64,000 bases of DNA from the NCBI GenBank assembly GCA_965202585.1, contig CBDBBG010000273.1, positions 1 to 64,000 of the forward strand, in the 5' to 3' direction. Each line of letters begins with the position of its first letter. Position 1 is the first letter of the stretch. Both the position numbers and the translations under genes were made by a program. Origin of the DNA: Thalia democratica. Taxonomy: Eukaryota. The notes beneath the pieces were generated by a model that was not told the origin of the DNA, did not search any database, and was given only the letters and a program-made list of their open reading frames with translations. Below, piece by piece: positions 40,201-56,753 of this stretch.

Positions 40201-43200
40201 CTGCAAAACATAGTTAAATTTTAACTTTTTATCTATTTTACCTATTTAATCTAAAAACCTAATATCTATTTACAAATATTGACGGTTGAAAGGTTAACAG
40301 CTGCACAAAGTGTTTTTTAAGTGATTAACATTCTAATAAATCTCATGAATGGTCAATGGAAGCTTTATCAAATGTCACAATTTACATCAAAGGTCACTAA
40401 AGGGCTTTTTATTTAATCGGATTTTTGAGCGAGATCGCCTGAAAGGTCTGTCTAATCTCCTTTTTATTGAGAATTGGCAGTAAAGTTTGTCGTCGTTAGT
40501 GTTTTGATTAGTAGTTCGTAGAAAAACGAGCTAAATTAGAAAAATAAATTGTAAAAATTAAGTTTGAGTCACCACAGGGAAACTAGTTTCAATTACAACA
40601 CAATATGAAATAGTAAAGAAACACTGTTGACAATAGATAATGAAATCTTTTTTTTCTTAATGTACCTAAAGTTTATGAACTAATGTACAAGGTATGCTAG
40701 ATATTTTCGTAAAACTTTATGTTTTTGAACTAGTGTTTGTTTTGTCAACTGATATTTTTATGTATGTGATGACAAAAATAACTTATTGTGTACATTTGAA
40801 ACAAGTATTGCAAAATTTTTGATTAAAGTCTTCTTTAAACAGTTTTAAAGTTCAAAGAAAAAAAACTTATGAAAGCTTATTTTGTCCATAAGTCTCAGTA
40901 AAAACAAAAACTTTATCTGCCTAGCATTGATTTATTAATAACTATTAAAAAAAAGTTGTAAAACTTGAGAACAAGATTTCTTCTGTTGTGTTTATAAGTT
41001 ATTTATTCAAATAAAGATGTTAAAATTAAATATTTTATTTACAACCAGGTTTTGGTGACAAAATTTGCGACCTTTTCAAGTGAAATAAAATAGTTTTAGT
41101 TTAGATATTTTAGTGAAGACAAATAACTGTAAAGTTATTTATTCAAAAAGGCCGTCTAATGCAAAATAAAATATGTCAAGTAAAGTAAATTTATTAACAC
41201 TGTAACTATTTTAAACTGTTAAAATGAAATATTACTAACAACATTACTTGAAAAAACCTTATACAATACATTATTTATAACATGTAGCTTTAAATAACTC
41301 TGTAAAATAATAAAAAAATGATTGATTGTAACCGAACACGTCAAATAAATCACAAGCACTAAAGTTTCTTGTTTTCGTAACTAGCATCAAAAGCGCGTTG
41401 TAATTCTTTGGAATTCGTGTTTTTGGTAAAAGTTGAAAAACTTGTTTTCAGTAAATTTTTAATAGTCAGAGCCTGTGCAATGGTCTTAATCTATGAAAGC
41501 GTCAGAAACAATATTTTATTTAATTATTTTTATGCTTATGCAAAAACAAACTATTTTTTTGTTTTTATTTATGTTTACAAGATATTAAAATTTGATATAC
41601 TGACAAGTTTAAATACAATTAACCACAAATTAGACTGTTCTTGTGTTTATACACTTTATTGTACTTGTTAAAAAGATTTTACTTTTTTTTTAACTTTTAT
41701 TTAAGTCTACAAAACATATAAAAGATTAATTATGAAATTATTTTACCAAAAATTTAATAAAAAGCATATTTTTAGAGATTAAACTTTGTGTCGCAAAAAT
41801 ACATCTGCTAAGAAATATAATAAATAAAAAATAGAAATATGTATATAAATTTTTTGAAACATTTTATTGCAGACTACATCAGTTTAATATCGGTATTCGA
41901 AATTGGCATGTAATAGGCAATTGGGCTACAATAAATAGATTAGAGACCACATATAAAATCGGAATTCATTCAAAGTACTGTTTGATCAGCTGTAGAAATT
42001 TAACATTCGAACGTTCGTAGAGTTTAAAAATACCAGGGCAAAGTTAAAAGTTTTAAATAAGTTCGTTTTGAAGTGCTTACGTAATACAACAAGTATTGAC
42101 CACTTAACTTACTGTTGAACTTGTTTGAAAATTAAAAATCTAAAACAACTTCTTGCAGAACTATTTTATAGAGTATTTTTTTTAATACGTTAGTCTTTGT
42201 ATTATATGAAACATCACAAAAAGAAAAATGATGCAGTAAAAAAGGCTAATTGAAAATAATTAGCCTACAAAATATTTCATTTTTATTCTTTCTACTTAAA
42301 CTAGCTACTTCAAAGCTAGTTGTTATTATAAGATTTTTTTTTTCAGGCTTTTTGCTAACAATTTTAAATCATACAACTCTTAAGCTCGCCGTTTAAGTTT
42401 AAGTTTTTCAAAAATTTAAATTTAATAATAAAGAAACCTATTCAAGGGTTAAATTTTATTGTATTTATAAAATGTTTTGCAATCTAAGAAACTGAAATTC
42501 AACTATTCTCAACAAATTGAATTATCTAAGTAAAGTTTTGCAATAAGTCCTGGACAAGAAAATAACAGGTATCCAAGTGGTGTGCGACTCGATTACCGAA
42601 AGGTTCTTCGTGCACCAGGTCCTAGGATTAAGCTTTTTAGCGATTATTTTTTGTAGTTCAATAAATAATATGTATTATTATTGTTTATCGAAAAATAGAA
42701 AAAGCAACTTTTTTTGAAAAAAATAATATAGATTTTCTTTATAAATTAAATTAAGTAAAGTATAAGTTTAAAAAAGGTCATTACTTAATCAAATATGATA
42801 GTTAGCTTTAAATGTACTGTTTTTTTTTACTTTTATGTCGTAGTATTCATTAAATTCTAATTTAAGTTTGTTGCCTTACATATTATTTAATTTTTTATAA
42901 CTCAACTTACAAAACAAAACTATAATTATTTTTGTTAGTACAAAATTAAACTTTTAAGCCTTGTACTAAACTAATAATAAATTTGAAAAACACTTTTGCT
43001 TATTTAACTTTTCGCCCATGATGTTGTAAAGATATTTAATAAACAAAAATAAAACCCACAGTGCTGTAAAATTTTCAGAAAAAAAAAATTTCCAAGCACA
43101 GATGAAAACAAAAAGACTTTGATGGCAAAAGAATTCAGGTATGTATTTATTTAATATTTATTTAATGACTAACTCAACAAAAAAAATTACTGATACAAAT

Positions 43201-46200
43201 ATCATATTTTCACATATAGGCCTTATTGTTCTTAACAAAAATATCATAAGAGTTGCCACACAGTCAGACTAGTTTAAATTTAAGAAAACACAGACATGAT
43301 TAAAGTTTTTTTTTAAAGTCAGACCTTTTTAAATTTTATATTCTTATTATTAGGCTGTTTTCTTTACATTAAAATTAATTTATTTTATCTTAATTATTCA
43401 AATATATCTTAACTTAAGCCATTCTAATGGTTTTTGAAAATATTCAAGCTTGATTAATGTATATTCTGGAGTCCAGATATAACCTGGAATTCAAAAATTA
43501 AGGAAAATATGATCTAGAATTAAATATATTTTTCTTTAAACCTGGAAATGTAAACAAAAATCTTGTTATTAACCAATATTTAAATAAAATTTTAATGAAA
43601 TTTAGTAAAAAAATGAAATCTAGATAAGTTAGAAGGTAATTATAATGCAAAATTATTTTATAAATTAGTTAGATAATTTTTTAAAAGGAATTACAGTACC
43701 TTTCCGGTTATTCTATGCTATATCTAGCAACAAAACTTGTTTTCCAAAAAACTGAAAGAAAATAAAAAATCAGAACTTTTTGTTTTTTAACCAGTGCATT
43801 AAAAGCATGATTTATTATTTTTTCAAATTTTAAATACTCATAATAAAATCAGGCTGCAATAAATTCATATGGATTTTAAATAAAATTTCTCAAACTGTTC
43901 AAAACTATTTTGATGGCTTTGGTTGCAAACATTAAAAATAAAAATAAATTTAAGGTTGCCACACACTTATGCTCAGGATATTTTTGAGTTTTTGAAAATC
44001 TCAGGATAACTGGATTTTATTAATTTATTTATATAACAGTTTTGTGTTTTTTATAATAGACTTAAGATAGTTCAAATAGAAAAAAAATCAGGACAGATTA
44101 AGTTGATCTTGTTTAATAATTGCTATTTTCAGTATAACTAGTTTTCTTCAAGAACTTGATTTTTATTGATTTTGAAATGCTTGTTTTAGTTTCCTGCTGG
44201 CTTTTCAATACTTTTAGAAATATCATTGTGTTTGTGCTACAGCAAAAAACACTTTTAAGGATTTTAAAAAATCAGTAAAGCTCAGAATAGCTTAAGGTCA
44301 CTTAGTACAGTTTTTTGACTCAAAGATTGGCAACCCTGTAAGTTTAAGTACCATGTGTTTGATAATACTTAATAATACTTATTTACCGTATACATTACAA
44401 AGTTTTAGTTTACTTTAATTTCAATTACTATAATTTACAAAGTGACAAGTTCAACATAGGGCGCCTATTTTACTTGATAAATCTGAATTTTGACAAACTC
44501 TCATGAGTTAAAATAATAAGTTCTGAGTTGAACAAAAATAGTTAAGTAATTACATAGCATGATGTTCACCAATATCGAAATTACATCATATTTAATATCT
44601 ATTGTCACCATAGTTTTATGCTAAAAATCAATGTTTAAAGCCTAGTATGTTTAATCTAAAGAGATACTTTGTTTTAAACTAGCTTTACAAATAGATAAAT
44701 AAAATTAAATTTGTTTAATAATTAAGTTTTCATTTTCTAGATTTGTAGTAATATAAATTATTCTAAAATGAAAGTGATTAAATATTCAAGTTTTATTGAA
44801 TTATGATTTATAAATTAGATTTTATTATATGTGTTTATAAATTGTTGTTTTTGTCTCAAATTATTGTTAAACTAGACCTCAAATAAAATAAAGTTTCAGT
44901 TTGATATTGGTGTACATCATGCTTTTTTTTTTTTTTATGGTAAAAAAACATCAGTCTCAAACTCTACCCCTTGCAACGATAAACGTTTTCTGGGGGTAAT
45001 TATCAATATTTGTGATATGTAAATTAAAATTATTGTTATTTAAAGCTATAACTATTTTATTATATATTAAAAGTATCATATTAATATCTTTTAAGTGATA
45101 AAATAAACATTTTTTGTCTTAGATTTTAATTTTAACTAAAAAAGGACAATTAAGCTTGAGCTTAAAAAAACCTGGACGAAAATTAGAAAACTTGGAAAAA
45201 ATATCTTATATACCAGTGGCCACTCTTTTAATAACATACTACCTGAAGTTAAATTTAAATCATTAGTTTTGTTGTTTTGTTTAATTAACTTTTTTTCAGT
45301 TTAATAGGATTTTACACTAATAAGTTGTATTATAAATAAATTAATAATAAAACTGCTGCAGATTAACTGTACTGATATAATTTATTGTATATTAATAATT
45401 TAAAGTACATGTAGTGCTGAAATAATTATATTTTTAAAAGAAATGTTTCAGCAGTATTTATATTTACGTAATGGTTATAACTGTACAAATATATGAAAAA
45501 AAAATTAAACTGATAAATGTACTTATTACATAAAGTTTTGATATTATGCTCAATATATAAATGGTTACATAAAACTAATGTACTTTATGAAGTTATTGTT
45601 GATTTATACATTTGGCTTAACAGTATTTCTGGGGGTGCACAACTATTCAAAATCTGATAATTCAAATTCTTAAAAAAAAAAGTTGAAAAGGAAACAACTA
45701 AAAAAGTAATGTATATATGGAAATTAAAAAAAAATATTTAGATCCTATTAGTATCTACAATCCGTTTTTTTCTTTTTGCAAAACATAAAATATTTTTTGA
45801 GATGGGGCTTAAAAAAAGTAAAAAACTTATTTAATTTTAATAATTTTAAAACATCTTAAAATTTTTTTAAGGTTTTGCGAAAAAGAAAAAGCAGCTTGTA
45901 GATATTGATACAATCTACATTTGTATTTTTTATTTTTTTCAAATTTATAATACTTTTTAAGATATAGTCTTTTAAATATTTTTATAGGAATTTGAATTGT
46001 TAAAGTTTGACTTGCTTAAATTTGAATTGTCATTGAATTTGAATATGGCTAGTACTTTTCACCTTTTTTTTAAGTTTAAAGTTACATTGGATATGTTACA
46101 GACTAGGTTTGAGTGTTTAACAATTTGCTTATGGTAGGAGCAAACTAAAATTTAAAGGTTAAAAGCAACTTGTAGCGCCTGCTTTTAAACTTTCTAACAG

Positions 46201-49200
46201 GAGCTAATGTTAAACTTTTTAATGAAATATTATTAAAATTGATTTTATCTACCTAGGTTCTAGTTTTAAATTATATAAAAAAGAAAGAATCACCGTATTT
46301 GTACTAGTTATAAAATTATATACAAAACTTTTAAATGAATGTCGTTAAAAGTGTAACCATTGGAGACTTTATATCATTCACAATATTTTGAATTTTTTTT
46401 TTTAAATACAGTTATAACTACTGTTATTGGCACAGTTTATTCCAACATTGCTTTACAAAGATTAAAATAGGCTCTTAAATGAAAGTTTAGAATGTGAACT
46501 ATTAGTAAGTTTTAAAATAATATAAAAGTTATATTCGTCTTTTATTTATAGCCACTTTGTAATAACGTTTCAGTATAAACCATTGGACAGCATTTTTTTA
46601 ACTGTCAATTTTATCTTAATTATTTAACTTAATTACAAATCTTTTCAAATTTAAAAGTACATACCAATTTTTTATAAAATGATCCTTGCACTATTAAAGC
46701 AACCTGTCAGAACAAAATAATTATGCTAATTAATTCATTATTCTATTTAATTTTAATTGGGTCCATCATTGTTGACACAATGTTGATACAAATGCGTAAA
46801 TTTTCCAAAATATTAAATATACTTATAGTTAGTGTATATACACTACAGTGACCTCTCTCTACGCACAGTTTTCCCACAGCAAAAGTGCGTAGTTACACAA
46901 GAGAACATAATTTAAAAAGAGGTGCATTACAAAGTTGAACAAAATCAACTGAATATTTGCAAGAACATGCATTTTTACAAAAGTACATTTTAATTTAAAG
47001 TATTATGTTGTTAATTGAAAAAATACAATAAATTTATTGCTTCAGTAGTAAAAAAGGGTGCACGACTATTCAAATTTGGACTATTCAAATTCCGACAATT
47101 TAAATTCTTAATAAAAAATTGTAAAGGCTATAAGTAAAAAAATAAGATATATTTGTCAAAAATAAAAAATATAAATGTAGGTTACATAAATATCCACAAG
47201 ACATTTTTTATATTCTGCAATAAACTTAGTATTTTTTGAGATATGGCTCGAGTAAATCAAAAAACATAGTTATTTTAGTAAATTTATGAAATCTTTGAAA
47301 TGTTTTAGATTTTGCAAAAAAGAAAGCTTGTAAATATTAACAAGATCTAAATATGCATTTTTTATTTTTTTCAAATTTATTTTACTTTATGAGATATAGT
47401 CTTTTTAGTAGTTTTTTAAGAACTTGAGTTGTCAAAATTTGAGTTGTCCGAGTTTGAATTGTAATTTAACCAGTAAAAAATATTTAAATTATAAATATTT
47501 TTTTTGAGAGTTCTAACAAACGTAACCAAACGAGAGTGGGTAGATTTGTGAGAGGTTATTGTATTTAAACAGAGTTCTAACAAGTTGTTGCTTATTTAAG
47601 TATAAGTTTGTTATTGAAAAATTTCATACAAAATAAAGTTCAATAGATTTCGTTCACCAAAAATTATAAAAAAAAAAGTTACTAAGCAGTAGAATTTATC
47701 TATTTGAAAATATGCTAATAAAAATAGAAACATTTAATAAGTATTTTTTAGACGGATAAATGCTCACACACTTTCGCTTGGAACAAGATACAAATCAAAA
47801 CTTTACAAAAGTATTCTGCCCTTATTGGAAGGATTGTTTCAACTGCCAACTAAGTCAGTTTTTTTATTAAACTTAGTGTTTTGATAATATGAGCTTTGTA
47901 ATGATTAAGATTTATACAGGTTTTTAATCCACTAAAAAGTTTCTGAAACTATTTGCGTTTAATAAATTTAATTTAATTTTAACTTTTGTAAGTGACTCAG
48001 CTTTCTATCCTTATAAATAAATTTAGTTTGTATATATTTGTACAAAATGCTACTTAGTACGCAATATCAAATAATTACTAACAAATTTAATTCCATAATT
48101 AAGTTAATATATACTTAAAGTTTTATGTATGAATTATGTTCTTACTACAATTGAACTTTAAGTAAAAAATCCTAGTTTTCATAGTTATGATTATTTAGTG
48201 TATAAACTAATTTATAATTATATATTCATAATTATACAGCAGTTACGATGTTTAGTCTGAAAGTTATTGCTAAAAAACATCGAGTATGAATATGAGGCCA
48301 ACTATATAGTTTTAGCTCGATATTGGTACGAATTTATGCTGGGTATTTAACAATAATTGTTTTCTTTACATTTGTATAAGACTTATTTTTCAAGATGACT
48401 GTTTAAAACATACCTTTTCTATAAATCGATCCTTGCACTATTAAAACATCATGTCAGAACAAAACAATTGTGCTATTTAATCAACTAAATATTACTAACT
48501 AATTCTTATTGGGTCTATCAAATGTTGTACAAATTCGTCAATCTTTCTAAAGTATTAAATTTATCTATGATTAGTGTATATACATTACAGTGACCTCTCG
48601 CAAATTTACGAATACTGTGCCTACAAAAAAAAGTGTAGTTAAACGAAAGAACGTAATTTAACGACAGGTGCAATGTAATTTTAAAACCAAAACAAGTGAA
48701 TATTTGCAAGATTATGCATTTTTACAAAAGTAAATGTTGTTTATAGCATTATTTTGTTAATTCAAAACATACATTACAATAAATTATTGGTAGATAAACT
48801 TCAAATTGTATATATTTTTGTGTTTTTTTGTAGATTTGTGAGAGATTATTGATTTATTCAGTGTTTTAACAAGTTGTTGCTTATCTAAGTGTAAGTTTGT
48901 TATTGAAAATTTCACACAAATAATAATTCAATAGATATCGTTCACCAAAAATTTAGGAACAACTAATACAATTAACAAGCGGTAACATTTATCTTATTGA
49001 AAATATGCTAATAAGAACAGCAACATGAAATAAATATTTTTTAGACGAATAAATGCTCACACACTTTCGCTTGGAACAAGATACAAATCAAAACTGTTCA
49101 AAATTCTTCTTATTGGAAGGATCGTTTCAACTGCCAACTAGGTCAGTTTTCTTATTAGTTTTAGTGTATTAATAATATGAGCTTTGTATTGCTTAAGACT

Positions 49201-52200
49201 TATACTGGTTTTTATTTCACTAAAAAGTTTCTAAAACCATTTGCTTTAAATAACTTATTTTATATTTTATAAGTAACTCAGCTTTCTATCCTAATAAATA
49301 GATTTAAAATGTATATAAATTTGTACAACATTCTACTTGGTATATAATATCGAATAATTACAAACAAGTTTAAGTCCATAATAAAGCGATTATATACTTA
49401 AAATGTGAACTATAAGTAGGCTTATCAAATGTTAACAAAATTTTAATAATCTACTTATGTATAGTCATTTTGTAGAAATATTTCAGTATAAACCATTAAA
49501 CAGCAGTTTTTTTTACTGCCAATTTTCTCAGTAAATTATAAATTGACTACAAATATTTTTTTTTATTTTTACAATTAAGAGTAAATATCGATTGATTTAT
49601 AAAGTGATCCTTGCACTATTAAAACAACCTGTCAGATTAAAAAAAGCTAATTGATCAATTAATTATTCTAATTAATTTTTTTCAAGTCCATAAATGTTGT
49701 AGAAATGCAACAAACTTTTTGAAGTATTAAAAATATCTTTGATTAGTGTATATGTATTACAGTGACCTCTCGCGAATTTACGCACTATGTGCTCACAGCA
49801 AAAACTGCGTAGTTAAACGAGAGATCGTAATTTACCGAGAGGTGCATTACAAAGTTGAAAGATTGAATATTTGCAAGAATATGCATTTTTACAATCCACT
49901 ATTTTAATTTAAAGTATTATGTTGTTAATTCAAGACATACAATAAATTTATTTCTACAATACTAAAAAAACTTTAAATTATATGTATGTGTTTTGAGAGT
50001 TCTAACAAACGTTACCAAACGATAGTGGGTAGATTTGTGAGAGGTTATTGTATTTAAACAGTGTTCTAACAAGTTGTTGCTTATCTAAGTATAAATCTGT
50101 TATTGAAAAATTTCATACGAAATAAAATTCAATACATATTGTTCATAAAAAGTTGAGGAACAAGTAATAAAATTACTAAGTGGTAACGTTTATATGAACT
50201 AAAATATGTTAATAAGAACAGCAACAATAAATAAATAATTTTTTAGACGGTTAAATGCTCACACACTTATGCTTGGAACAAGATACAGCTCACAACTGTA
50301 CAAAGTTATTCTGTCCTTATTTGAAGGATCGTTTCAACTGCCAACTAGGTCAGTTTTCTTATTAGTTTTAGTGTATTAATAATATGAGCTTTGTATTGCT
50401 TTAGGTTTATAAGAGTTTTTATTCCACTAAAAAGTTTCTAAAACTATTTGCGTTTAATAATTTATTTTATATTTTGTAAGTAACTCAGCTTTCTATCCTA
50501 ATGAATAGATTTAAAATGTGTATATATTTGTACAAAATTGTACTTGGTATGTAATATCAAATAATTACAAACAAGTTTAAGTTCATAATAAAGCAATTAT
50601 TTACTCAGAATGTGAATTATAAGTAGGCTTATCAAATGTTACGATAATTTTAATAATCTATTTATGTATAGGTATTTGTAAAAACGAAATACATTGTTTT
50701 GCAAAAGTTGAAATAGGCTGTAAATAAAAGCTTTGAATGTAAACTAGAAGTAAAATTTCAAATAATATAAAATATTTGGTCATCTGTTTATGAAAAGTCA
50801 ATTAGTGAAAAATTTTCAGCATAAACCTATGGAATGCAATTGTTTTGTTGTCAATTTTCTCAGTAATTTGTTTAAAAGTAAATACCAATTTTTTTTTATA
50901 AAATAGTCCTTGCACTATTAACACAACGTGTCAGAACAAATTGAAACGATTATGCTAATTACACTCACCTCCCGCGAATCTACGCACATTGTGTCCACAG
51001 CGAAAGTGTGTAACTAAACAAGAGGTAGTAAATATACCTTCTATATCGGTTGTTTTTTTATATTTGATTAAATACAGTTTTTGGACTTTACCGCTTTTAT
51101 TGTTCGCAGAAATAAGTTTCATTCAAGTTCTAATTGTGGAAAAGTTTTGAATAAAAATTTTTATCTGTTGAGAAAAAATATATTTTATACCTTGAATAAA
51201 TATTGTTCTATAATACCACTCAAGATAAGTTTAATTTTAGGTGGGCTTACAAAAAATATGCTTAAAATAAAAGATTTATTGCCTTGAAATGAAACTTTAT
51301 GCCATAAATATTGTGGGCAAACAATGTACTTTGTTTGAATTGTAGGTATGAAGGGGGCTAAAAAACCTAAAGTTTAAAAAACAAAGCCGTACAGTTTAAG
51401 AGGTTTTTTATCGAAGGCACTAACTAAAATTGCAAATTCATTATTTAATAAAAAATATATCTTCTATATTTATCCAAATATAAATTTGAATTATTTACGA
51501 AATATTTTAAACTATATTTTTTATTCTGTGAGAATTCTAAAATGCTAAACGGTAATGGGTGACCAAATGAGCGCTTAGATTTGTGAGAGATGACTGTAGT
51601 CCATTATTACTAATTACTTTAGTTGTGTCCATCAAAGTTGACACAAATGTTGTACAAATGCGTCGCTTACCTTTTCTCTTTTTTATATGAGTTTAGTAAA
51701 AAGGTAGTGACTAACTTTATTTAGTTTTAGAAATATATTTTATAATGTTTTTGTAAAGTATGTCATTTGCAAACTTTTGAAAGAACTTAATTTATCCATG
51801 ACTATCGTATACACATTACATAGACCTTTCGCGTATTTACGCACAGTGTGCTCACAGCAAAAAGTGCGTAATTAAACGAGAAAACGTAATTTAACGAGAG
51901 GTGCATTACAAAGTTGAAACGAAAACGACTGAATATTTGCAAGAATATGCATTTTTACAACCCAACATTTTATTTTAAAGCATTTTGTTGTTAATTTAAA
52001 ACATGCAATAAATTTATTGGTACAATATTAAAAAAGCTTTAAATTATAAATATTTATTTTAAGAGTTCTAACAAACGTAACTAAACGAGAGTGGGTAGAT
52101 TTGTGAGAGGTTATTGTATTTAAACAGTGTTCTAACAAGTTGTTGCTTCTTTAAGTATAAGTTTGTTATTGAAAAATTTAATACAAAATAAAAATTCAAT

Positions 52201-53944
52201 AGATATCGTTCACCAAAAATTAAGTAACAAAGTTACTAAGTGGTAATATTTATATAAAATAAAATATGTTAATAAGAACAGCAACATTAAATAAATAATT
52301 CTTTAGACGGATAGATGCTCACACACTTATGCTTGGAACAAGAAACAATTTACAACTGTTCAAAAGTATTCTGTTCTTATTGGAAGGATTGTTTCAACTG
52401 CAAACTAAGTCAGTTTATTTATTAGTTTTAGTATTTTAATATTAAGATATTGCTTTAGATTTATAAGAGTTTTTATTCCACTAAGAAAGTTTCTAAAGCT
52501 ATTTGCCTTAAATAATTTTTTTTATCTTTTGTAACTAACTCAGCTTTCTATCTCAATAAATTGATTTAAACTATGTATATATGTGTACAAAATGCTACTA
52601 AATATGTTGGGTAGCTGTAAAATTAGCTCAAATTTACGAAATTGCACAAGGGCACAAAATTGCACGAAGACACTTTTGCACGAGGTGACATAAAACTACA
52701 CGAAGAAACTTTTGCACGACGGTACATTTTTGCAACAACATACATTTTAGCATGTAAAATATATATTTGTACAAAATGCTACTAATTATGTTATCACAAT
52801 TGATTACGACCAAATTTATGTCAGTAAGGTTTAAATCAAAAGTTTTATTTTTACTGAAACTATTCATAATCTGAACATTTTTTCGATTAAGTTTAGTTCA
52901 AATAAAGTATACATTTGTAAAATTGTTCACAATCTTTTATATTTAACGAATCACTTACACATAGTATATCTCCTTACTTATTTTGCTCATGATAGCTAAA
53001 ATCGTCTCGAGGGGATATATTGTTCAACTTCGGGAAACCTTGATGTATATAATTGATTATACAGAGTTATAATAAACTGTTAATTCATTTTTTCTAGTAA
53101 AATTGATATAAAGTAGACTGAAGTCAATTGAATACACTAAGTAATGAAGGTAAGCTTTATAACCTTTTGTAACTGATTCAGTTTTCTGCCTTAATAAAAA
53201 GATTAAGACATTTTCAATTTATATATATTTCTACAAAATACCATTCAGTATGTAAAACTAAATAATTACGAACTAATGCAAGCCAGTAAGAATTAAAACA
53301 CAAACTTAAAAAAAATTAGTTAGTTGAAAACAACTAGTATTAAAATAAAAGATAAACTAGTGTAACAAGTTATTAAATCAAGAAAACGTATATATTTTAA
53401 TGTAGATAATGATTGTAATAATAATTTTAAGTCGGAGCTATTGTTACCAATTATTCGATATGTACCAGCAATTGACGTTACTTTTAGTTTTATTCTGCTA
53501 AAGTGCTTAATTTTATAAATATTTTATTCTATATGTTTGAAATAAGCGATGGTTTACTTCTAATTAAACAAATATGTCTGCTAAATATTTATAAAACTTC
53601 TTTTACTACTAGCTACTCTTGATTAATTAATTTCAGCACAAATGTTGTACAGGTTTGTCAAATAATAATTTTTTGTTTGAATTCGGTATTGTTACCAGAT
53701 ATTTTTTTTGCAGTCAACACACATAGTTATTATTAAAATTTACATCCATCGGTTCTATAGGGTCTATGTCATAGGTAGGCAGATTTTTATAAGTCGTGTC
53801 TTTCAATAATAGTTTGCTCGCGTGCCACACTTTTGAGAAAAAAATCGCAGTTATATTAAATAAATGTTTTATTTAGTGAAATTTAAACTAAAACCTTGAT
53901 AATTTACCATAATCAATAGCAATTAGTAAATACATAGCCTAATT

Positions 53945-54119
53945 CAGTGCTTCTGAAATGGGGTTCCGCGGAACCCTAGGGTTCCGCGAAGCCTTTCGAA
54001 ATTAAAAAAAAAATATTTATTCAATTAAACATTTTATGTAGAATTAAAATTAGGGGTTCCGCGGAAAAATTGAATTTTGGAAAAGGGTTCCGCCACTAGA
54101 AAAAGGTTCAGAAGCACTG
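53945..54119. mobile_element. hAT MITE, copy 3
   Basis: Same TIRs and gcctaatt TSD as 8707-8881. Confidence 0.92.
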
Positions 54120-56753
54120 GCCTAATTGTAGCTTAGCCTCAAATTTTATTACTTTTTATAAATATTTTTTGTTAGCTAATCGCGTATCGCAGTTAACTGT
54201 CCCCAGTTTGCCCTGGTATATGTGAATAAAATAAAACCATGTTTATATTGTGCGCATAAAAGTCTTTTATATTAACTTACAAATCAACTCAGTTTTTTAT
54301 TTAATCAATCAAGTACTTTTTATTTAATGTCGTCACTGCTGTACAATTCATTCCTAATTTAAAACTCACAATTTTAGTCAGTAAGGCAGGATTGTTCCAT
54401 TGTTTTACTGGGATGATTTTATTTTTTGAAGTATCACTATTGTTCTTTATTTAATATTAATTGATCTTCGTTGTCAATTGACTGTTAACGCAGCGGTTTT
54501 CAAATATTTCAAAAACTGTCCACAGCAAATTACTGAATACAAGTTCTGCGCATTCTAAACTATTGTATACATTTTTACTACTAATACTTTTGTTATTATG
54601 AATTAATTTTGAAGGATAAAGTAAAATTTGTTTTACAAAATCAATTAACTGCGTAGTGATTTTAATAATAAATTTTACAACTCATTGTTATTTCCGTGCA
54701 CACTGAATATTTTTTTTTTTGAGAAACACTTTTTTACTCTGACTGTGAAGTTTAGCTAAATCATTATGCAGAAATAGTTTCTTTGTTCTACGAATTTTAC
54801 TATGAAAAGAATTAATTTCTTAAAATCTTAGATAAAAAAACGAAGTATATTGTATATGATGAACATTAAGTTTAGTTTGACTTTCAATAACAAATTTAAT
54901 ACTTGAAGTGTTTTTATTTTCTTTGCTTCAACCTTTGCAACTTATCAGTTCTATCTTAACATGCTCACCAATAAAAGTTTTTTTTTAATAAGTACAATGT
55001 TTCAAAAAAAAGCTTACTTTAACTCACTGTGACCCTTAAACGACTTTTTATTTTTTAGTAAAGATTATGTCTCTTCTGATCCGTACTAGAAGCTGTTGTT
55101 ATACAATACAAAAAGTAAACATAAATAACAATTTTAATATGTAATATAAGTATTAAAATCAGTTTTCATACAAAATCTATTGTTTCAATAACAACTCATA
55201 CTGATTATAAAATATTATTTGTTTTTATATTTATTATTATCTGGTTACAATATATAACTGTCGATTCCTTTATTCAGTAAGCGCTTTTGATTTTCAATTT
55301 TTTTTTAAACTATATTACATCAATCATTATGTGTGTATACAAAAGTAAATGTTTATAAAATTATTTTGTAACTATAAGCTAACTGTTTAGTTTGGATATA
55401 AAAGCATACTTAACACCTGGGTTTTTACTAAACTAGGAAAAATAAAATCCGGGATTTAAAAAAAAAAAACTATAATTTAAAAAAAACCTTGTGTTCAATA
55501 TATGCTTGTCAATTAAAAGTTATCAAAAATTTGTCTAAATGAAAATTTTAAAACGTATGAATTAATTTTGGCATTCTGAAACATTATTAATATCATACAA
55601 CAGAAAAATAAGATTTTGTACTAAAGGTGTTGTAAATTTTTAATATTTTAGTGAAAACTAAGTCAACTGTTAAACCTTAGTTGAGTTTAGTATCCTTAAT
55701 AACTTTTGATAAAAACATAGACTTAAGAATTTAGCTTTCTTTTGCATATTTTAAAATGAATTGATATAGACATTTTATAACTTGGGTACTTTACACATAG
55801 TGAAAAGATTGCTAAGTTATCTAAATATGTAAATGCTTATGTATAATATGAATAAGTTATAAATAACTAACAACTTTAGTACTTAACTGTTGATAAAAAA
55901 GACATTCAATTTTTCTAGCATTCTTAAGGTTTTTTTTTTAAGAAATGAAATTATCAAGAATATTTATATTACAATATCTTTTGTATTTCACAAAAAAAAT
56001 CCAACTCGATTTTAAATGAAGTATTTTATTATCTCCTTTAATAGAAAAGAAAGTATAATATTTTGTGTTTAGAACGCTAGTTTTGAAATCATCATTTGAA
56101 AAGAGTAATACATTAGTGAAAAGTTATAAATATACTTAATTTTTGATCTTCATATTACATTAAATGCAATTCAAAGTATTGAAAAGTTATAAATTAAAAA
56201 TAAGTCAAGTATTGTAAATAAAAAATAATTAAACTAATTTATCAACTAAAACAAATTATGATAAGAACAAGTTTCGAGTTTTGTTAAACTTTTTTAACAA
56301 TTTTCGATTTATTTCCCTTGTCACAAATATCATAGTTTTAGTTTTATCTTATATTAGTAAAAAAAATATAGTTATTATAAGTATAAACTATAGTTATTAA
56401 AAGCATAAACTAATATTTACATAGGCTATTTATAACATTAAGAGCTTAACAAAAGAATTTGTCATTTGAAAACCCCAGGTGAACTTAATTGTATATTTAA
56501 GAAATAATCTTTTAATTATCAAACTTATAACTTATAATAAAAAAATTAACACTACTTAAGTTAATATATTCAGGCGACTATCAATCAGTTTTCGGTTAGG
56601 GGATTTTTTTTGGTTCATTGAACAGAAAATTGGTAAAAAAAAGGTGCTCACCTTTCGGCGGCACCTTCAAGAAGTTTGAAACTTGAAAAAAAATATATTC
56701 ATAAAAATAATAAGTGGAATGATAAAAATACAGCTACAAACGACAAAAAAAAA

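Larger units (their letters stand above)
22621..45239. repeat. 22.6-kb tandem unit, copy 2 (22619 bp)
   Basis: Same sequence as copy 1 in spot checks except gttgaaaaaaaatc (1695-1708) versus gttgaacaaaatc; same ORF set at +22619. Confidence 0.98.
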